Source of the DNA: an uncultured virus (IMG/VR IMGVR_UViG_3300012933_000168)
Lineage: Duplodnaviria; Heunggongvirae; Uroviricota; Caudoviricetes
Strand: one strand, 5' to 3'
Virus record (IMG/VR): IMGVR_UViG_3300012933_000168
DNA length: 20,000 bases
Positions 16,220-20,000 of the stretch are shown here, in pieces. A program made the translations under genes and the position numbers. Positions within the stretch are counted from its first letter, which is position 1. The number at the start of each line of letters is the position of its first letter. The notes under the pieces were generated by a model. It was not told where the DNA came from. It made no database searches and saw nothing but the letters and a program-made list of their open reading frames with translations.

Positions 16220-16232
16220 CTAACATTGTTAG
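16220..16232. repeat. 13-bp palindrome in the AAA operon 5' leader (extends to 17 bp, 16218-16234)
   Basis: Exact match GCCTAACATTGTTAGGC. Confidence 0.95.
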
Positions 16233-16285
16233 GCGACTCGTTTAAGTTCACTTGCTGGTGGGCGATAGTTATTCGCCAAGCCTTT

Positions 16286-16314
16286 ATTGTATCACAAATA
16301 CTTGACAATGTCAA
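16286..16314 (-). promoter_or_regulatory. sigma70-type promoter TTGACA-17 nt-TACAAT driving the AAA/vWA operon
   Basis: -35 at 16309-16314 and -10 at 16286-16291 with exact 17-nt spacing, in the largest intergenic gap. Confidence 0.82.
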
Positions 16315-16326
16315 GACCTTTGCTCC

Positions 16327-16674
16327 TCAATTCCTACCTTTGCTCTCGCTAACATTGTTAGGTTGTTCGTACCTGTTGAACTCCTCAGCCCACCATGCGT
16401 GTTCTAAGAAGAATTGGTTCTTGTGTTTCGGATATACCCTGCGTAGGCTAGTCACAGCACTCCGCATCAAGTCCTCTACATTCAGCATCACTCGGCGGCA
16501 GTCTTGCAACTGCTCGGGTGTCGTGTCGGGGTGACGCATCAACTTGAGCACACAGCTATCAGCCTTGGCCTTGTACTGCATAGTCTCTCGCCATATCTGC
16601 TTACACCTAACCAACTTCTCAGTCGGCGTAGTTGTATCTCGTGGCATCCCTGTTGGTGTGTTGGTATCTAACAT
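16327..16674 (-). CDS. hypothetical protein (115 aa)
   Basis: ATG inside palindrome 16668; a second palindrome lies near the 3' end. Confidence 0.72.
   Translation of the reverse strand: MLDTNTPTGMPRDTTTPTEKLVRCKQIWRETMQYKAKADSCVLKLMRHPDTTPEQLQDCRRVMLNVEDLMRSAVTSLRRVYPKHKNQFFLEHAWWAEEFNRYEQPNNVSESKGRN
16349..16361. repeat. 13-bp palindrome about 35 bp upstream of the -35 box
   Basis: Exact match. Confidence 0.95.
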
Positions 16675-16680
16675 TGTTAG
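16668..16680. repeat. 13-bp palindrome at a stop/start junction
   Basis: Exact match; TAA 16677-16679 and ATG 16674. Confidence 0.95.
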
Positions 16681-16865
16681 AGCCCATGCTTCTTCTTGAA
16701 CCTGTCGAACTGCCCAAAGATTCCCTCTCGCTCCTCGGGGTGCATGAACAGTATCTTGAGCATCACGCCTAAGCTATTCGCCTTCTCCCTCTCACGGAAG
16801 TAGAAGATAGTCGCGCCCACCGCCCAGCCCAGCAGGAAACATTCCGCATCACTCAGTCCAAACAT
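16677..16865 (-). CDS. small protein with N-terminal hydrophobic segment (62 aa)
   Basis: GGAGG SD; the TAA lies inside palindrome 16668. Confidence 0.7.
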   Translation of the reverse strand: MFGLSDAECFLLGWAVGATIFYFREREKANSLGVMLKILFMHPEEREGIFGQFDRFKKKHGL

Positions 16866-16866
16866 A

Positions 16867-17883
16867 TCAATCCTCCTCAGTCATTACGTAGTCGGCATAC
16901 TTGTGCGTAGGTACTTTGCCCTCGGGCAACGCCACCTTCTTGAACACCTTGTCGCTGAACATCTTGAACAGAATCCTGTCCAACACCTTCTCGAATTGGT
17001 CAACACCCAACGTCACCTGTGACTCCATGCTGTCGCGCCAATACAAGCTCTGTTCCTGAACAAACAGAATGTTGAACGCAATCCAATAGTTTTGGTGGCG
17101 TGCGTTGTCATCTTGGTCATTCCGTACTAGGTCGAAGAACTCAGCGGTTGCCTGTCGGTAGTTACTCCACGCCTCATCCTTGTCCTCGGGTCGGTAGTAC
17201 TTGGGCTTCTCGGTTATCTTCCACTTGTTGCCCACATCGGGTCGGCATCCGCCATTTACATCCTGAGACTTGCCAAACACCTCAATCAATTCCCCATACG
17301 TTGTTTTGACCACAGAGAAACCCTCACGCCCCCAAACGCCTTGAATCTCCTCACCCTTGAGCTTGATGACTCCAGCCAAGTAGTCACGGAATTGGCTCAC
17401 GGACTTCCTAACATTGTTAGAGTCCTTGCGGCTCACTCGGTAGTCGTAAAGCGTCTGCGTTTCTTTTGGCAACCATCCGCCGTTTGCCGTGCGAACTAAT
17501 GCCAGTTCCCCCTTGGCGGGTAGCATCGCCTTCGCGTTCGTACCTGAGAAGCCCAAGACCACCTGACCCTTGACTCGGTACGCACCCACGCCACTCAGCA
17601 CTCGGCTAATGAATTGGCACGTCGATGCACTTGGCCAGTTGTCTATGTTGATGATGACCTCATCCTCCACCGTGAACTTAATCACGGGCGTTTGGTACAG
17701 CACACACTCGATTGCGTTTGTCCATACGTTCTTACGGATAGAGTAGGTGTCCACGTCACGACGCTCACCCAGTGGTCGCTTGTCCTCAGCCCTGCCCTTG
17801 ATTGGCTTGCTGTTGTCGAACTTCTTTACTGCCTCGGCGTAGTCGCGTACCTTCGGCACTCTCATTACTGTTGCGTATCCCAT
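16867..17883 (-). CDS. hypothetical phage protein (338 aa)
   Basis: Long ORF with AGGAG SD; no motif recognised. Confidence 0.85.
   Translation of the reverse strand: MGYATVMRVPKVRDYAEAVKKFDNSKPIKGRAEDKRPLGERRDVDTYSIRKNVWTNAIECVLYQTPVIKFTVEDEVIINIDNWPSASTCQFISRVLSGVGAYRVKGQVVLGFSGTNAKAMLPAKGELALVRTANGGWLPKETQTLYDYRVSRKDSNNVRKSVSQFRDYLAGVIKLKGEEIQGVWGREGFSVVKTTYGELIEVFGKSQDVNGGCRPDVGNKWKITEKPKYYRPEDKDEAWSNYRQATAEFFDLVRNDQDDNARHQNYWIAFNILFVQEQSLYWRDSMESQVTLGVDQFEKVLDRILFKMFSDKVFKKVALPEGKVPTHKYADYVMTEED
17408..17420. repeat. 13-bp palindrome, intragenic (SNNVR)
   Basis: Exact match. Confidence 0.95.
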
Positions 17884-17887
17884 TTCA

Positions 17888-18085
17888 TTACTCCTTTAAA
17901 AGTTTCTCGTATTTCTCTACCCACTCAATCGCTTGCTCGTTCGTTGGTATGCCCTCGGCGACGTACTCCCACTTGTGCCCGTTGGCAAACCTCCGAGCTT
18001 GTGGCTCCCATTGGTACCTGCGCTTGACCATCAACTCTCCGTCATGCCACCTCACGATGCACCAGTCAGGCTCCCTCTCTAACAT
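17888..18085 (-). CDS. small protein, putative paralog family (65 aa)
   Basis: ATG in palindrome 18079; WCIVR...EYVAEG...A...KLLKE. Confidence 0.72.
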   Translation of the reverse strand: MLEREPDWCIVRWHDGELMVKRRYQWEPQARRFANGHKWEYVAEGIPTNEQAIEWVEKYEKLLKE

Positions 18086-18091
18086 TGTTAG
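18079..18091. repeat. 13-bp palindrome over a start codon
   Basis: Exact match; ATG 18085. Confidence 0.95.
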
Positions 18092-18098
18092 CCCTCCT

Positions 18099-18386
18099 TC
18101 ATGGGAACATATCCCAAGCAGATGTGCGGTCGACTAACGTGTGGTCTGCTACCGCGTCGTAATCCACCTCGAAGCGCATCATGTAGTCATGCCGCGCCAG
18201 CTTCGCCATTGCAATCAGCCTCTCCTTGTCTGTGCCCTCGGCTACTATCTCGGCGGTGTCCTCGGTCTCGCCTCTGTCTTTGAGTTGGTTCCAACACCGA
18301 ACCGTTGTCTTGCTGGCTAGCCGTTTCAGGTACACCCTCGCATCTCCATCGGAGAAACTCACCAGCACATAATTCACCTTCTTCAT
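18099..18386 (-). CDS. small protein, putative paralog family (95 aa)
   Basis: YVLV...EIVAEGTDKERLIAMAKL; ATGA-coupled. Confidence 0.72.
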   Translation of the reverse strand: MKKVNYVLVSFSDGDARVYLKRLASKTTVRCWNQLKDRGETEDTAEIVAEGTDKERLIAMAKLARHDYMMRFEVDYDAVADHTLVDRTSAWDMFP

Positions 18387-18577
18387 ACGCTAGCCAGTGC
18401 AACCGTTGCCCTGTCTCGTAGTTGCATCATCAGCCCTTGCGGGTTGCGCCCTAGCTTCGCGGCCAGTTGGTACATGGCGTTGCGCTTGGCATTGTTCGGG
18501 TTGGTTGCTGTCGTGTACATCGTCAGGATTTCCCCTGCGTTGTTGACTGTCACCTTGAACTTGTACTTCTCTAACAT
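18383..18577 (-). CDS. small hypothetical protein (64 aa)
   Basis: ATG in palindrome 18571. Confidence 0.72.
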   Translation of the reverse strand: MLEKYKFKVTVNNAGEILTMYTTATNPNNAKRNAMYQLAAKLGRNPQGLMMQLRDRATVALASV

Positions 18578-18583
18578 TGTTAG
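18571..18583. repeat. 13-bp palindrome at a stop/start junction
   Basis: Exact match; TAA 18580-18582 and ATG 18577. Confidence 0.95.
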
Positions 18584-18780
18584 GTCTCCTCTGTTAATGC
18601 TTTGAATCTCATAATCTCCATCGTGTCGTCGCTCTCGGCGATAACCTCGGCTTCGTATGCCCCACGATAGAACGCTTTCTTTTGGAACTCATTCCATCTC
18701 TGCCTGTCCAGCATGAAACAATTCCCGTCCACCTTCATGCGTATCAGCACCCAAAACTTAGGCTTCTCGTGGTTGTCCAT
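18580..18780 (-). CDS. small protein, putative paralog family (66 aa)
   Basis: WVLIR...EVIAESDD...; TAA in palindrome 18571. Confidence 0.72.
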   Translation of the reverse strand: MDNHEKPKFWVLIRMKVDGNCFMLDRQRWNEFQKKAFYRGAYEAEVIAESDDTMEIMRFKALTEET

Positions 18781-18782
18781 GA

Positions 18783-18971
18783 TTACTCTCCCTTCGCCAG
18801 TTGCACGGCTTTCTTCGCCAGCTCGTAGTCGTCGGTCTCCATCATCACTTCGCGCTTATACAAGTCCGAGTCCTTGTGTGCTTGGTTTAGCTCCCACTGC
18901 CCTCTCGTGCGTATGAAGAACTCCACGTCCCCCACCGCACTTGTGCGTCGGTACACCACCCAATCCTTCAC
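18783..18971 (-). CDS. small protein, putative paralog family (~62 aa)
   Basis: Probable GTGA-coupled start at 18971 (ORF track starts at 19040); WVVYR...EVMMETDDYELAKKAVQL. Confidence 0.65.
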   Translation of the reverse strand: MKDWVVYRRTSAVGDVEFFIRTRGQWELNQAHKDSDLYKREVMMETDDYELAKKAVQLAKGE

Positions 18972-19165
18972 ACCCTTGGCCCTCGTACAAAGCTCCGCAA
19001 CTTCACCATCTGTATAGTGGCGTAGGTGTATCTGCGGCATAAGTCGGCGTAGTCGGCTTCGCTTGTGTCCTCGTTCATGGCTATCTCGGTGAACTGCCTC
19101 GTCATGTCTGCGTACGCCGCCTCCATGTTGAGGTACTCGGTAATCTGCTCTGCGTTAAATTTCAT
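18968..19165 (-). CDS. small hypothetical protein (65 aa)
   Basis: AAGGAG SD; coupled ORF. Confidence 0.65.
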   Translation of the reverse strand: MKFNAEQITEYLNMEAAYADMTRQFTEIAMNEDTSEADYADLCRRYTYATIQMVKLRSFVRGPRV

Positions 19166-19358
19166 CTTCGTTCTCCTTCGGTTCGTTCGCTAACTCTGTT
19201 AGGTTGATTGCATCTACTAGCGTATGCCCTCGACTAACAAACTCGCATTTGGTGTTGGGTGTCTCTTGCACGTAGTTGTCCCATGTAATGTCTCGGATGT
19301 ACTCCAGCAGTCGTCTTGCATACCCTGTTCGGTAAATCACGTACTCGGCTTCATCCAT
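19155..19358 (-). CDS. small protein, putative paralog family (67 aa)
   Basis: YVIYR...EFVSRGHT..DA..L..L. Confidence 0.7.
   Translation of the reverse strand: MDEAEYVIYRTGYARRLLEYIRDITWDNYVQETPNTKCEFVSRGHTLVDAINLTELANEPKENEDEI
19190..19202. repeat. degenerate copy CTAACTCTGTTAG (5-bp arms intact)
   Basis: 11/13 match. Confidence 0.5.
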
Positions 19359-19593
19359 CCTCTTGCTCCTTCATTAGTTTGAGCATCCCTCGCAGGACTT
19401 TCTCGGGCTGGTCGTCACACAAAATAGTGTGTGCTCTTATCCACGGCTTAGTAAGCAGGGGCTTGTACTCCATCCCGTACCCGCTGAACGGCCACTCATA
19501 CTTGACCAACGCATACTTGTACTTCTTGCGCCTCTTTTCCTGCTCACGCAGACTCTTATCTTTCCCCGCACCTTCGCTGCTTTTATCTAACAT
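19351..19593 (-). CDS. small protein, putative paralog family (80 aa, MLDKSSE...)
   Basis: Start reassigned to ATG 19593 inside palindrome 19587, with a GAGGAG SD. Confidence 0.7.
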   Translation of the reverse strand: MLDKSSEGAGKDKSLREQEKRRKKYKYALVKYEWPFSGYGMEYKPLLTKPWIRAHTILCDDQPEKVLRGMLKLMKEQEDG

Positions 19594-19599
19594 TGTTAG
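19587..19599. repeat. 13-bp palindrome at a stop/start junction
   Basis: Exact match; TAA 19596-19598 and ATG 19593. Confidence 0.95.
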
Positions 19600-19814
19600 G
19601 TCTCCTCGTCTCGGGCTAGTCTGCAAAACTGCTGGGCTTGTCTCAGGGTCAGGCCACGGGCCACAGTCGCATACTTCTCCTTGAGAATCGGCCAGTCACG
19701 GTCGTTCTGTGATACGTCCTCCCAGTGTTCGTACTCGTCTTGGCCCATGTGAACCAAACTACTCCCACTGTGATAAATCACGTACTTCTTACGCGTCTCT
19801 TGGGTCGCCGTCAT
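19596..19814 (-). CDS. small protein, putative paralog family (72 aa)
   Basis: YVIY...TVARGLT..QA..F..L; TAA in palindrome 19587; GGAGG SD. Confidence 0.72.
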   Translation of the reverse strand: MTATQETRKKYVIYHSGSSLVHMGQDEYEHWEDVSQNDRDWPILKEKYATVARGLTLRQAQQFCRLARDEET

Positions 19815-19998
19815 TTGTCAGCCTCCACATCATGTCCATCCTGTCGCGCAGGGGCTTGGTCTTCTCGGCATACAGTTCGTTGAGCGCCCTGCCCACTGTG
19901 TAGTTCACATCGTTGCGGCTCGTCATCATCGACGCCGCCTCACCTAGCATCGCGTCTAGGTCAATAATCAATCGGCCTAAGCCTTCGCCTTCGTACAT
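19789..19998 (-). CDS. small hypothetical protein (69 aa; start may lie outside the window)
   Basis: ORF track; on the coding strand. Confidence 0.6.
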   Translation of the reverse strand: MYEGEGLGRLIIDLDAMLGEAASMMTSRNDVNYTVGRALNELYAEKTKPLRDRMDMMWRLTNDGDPRDA

Positions 19999-20000
19999 AT

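Noticed and set aside
16158..16226. 22-codon uORF (MLGIEITTALAVINEGNENVRS) starting at the ATG of leader palindrome 16220
   Set aside because: It lacks a convincing SD, unlike most junction copies; it cannot be excluded without ribosome profiling.
16301..16315. matS/MatP site (GTGACRNYGTCAC) resemblance of TTGACAATGTCAA
   Set aside because: Both terminal bases differ, there is a single copy, and it is adequately explained as a -35 box within a palindrome; the host is unknown.
1535..19599. Palindrome copies as a CRISPR array or integron attC sites
   Set aside because: The repeat is only 13 bp and spacing is irregular (129 bp to over 4 kb). Many copies are inside genes, and there is no attC R/L box structure with a long imperfect stem.
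180..19903. Plus-strand ORFs in the six-frame track (e.g. 4777..5514, 12098..12571, 15165..15587)
   Set aside because: They are antisense shadows of a continuous, SD-equipped, translationally coupled minus-strand gene set and contain no recognisable motifs.
1..20000. tRNA, rRNA, integrase, structural or lysis genes
   Set aside because: None were recognisable, and the window is almost fully occupied by the listed CDSs.

Overview
This window looks like a segment of a tailed dsDNA bacteriophage or prophage genome. About 55 tightly packed genes all lie on the minus strand, many with overlapping stop/start codons. Read in transcription order (right to left), it holds: (1) a putative early/accessory region of many small, apparently paralogous proteins, interleaved with a MoxR-like AAA+ ATPase, a HExxH-peptidase/vWA protein and a DUF3150-like protein; (2) small membrane proteins, a HicA-like protein, a SAM methyltransferase, and RHH and HTH DNA-binding proteins; (3) a replication/recombination block with a VRR-NUC nuclease, an HNH endonuclease, a family A DNA polymerase (Leu762 type) and a Cas4-like PD-(D/E)XK nuclease. 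I recognised no structural, lysis or integrase genes. The most striking unexplained signal is a 13-bp palindrome, CTAACA(A/T)TGTTAG, found by eye in 16 perfect copies plus 2 variants and strongly enriched toward the right end. Eight copies contain the ATG of a gene and sit right behind a Shine-Dalgarno sequence, and five of these also contain the upstream gene's TAA stop. Other copies flank sigma70-like promoters or lie inside coding sequences in either orientation. This suggests a genome-wide operator/stoperator-like or gene-cassette-junction system. All family assignments come from motif recognition by eye, not from database searches.
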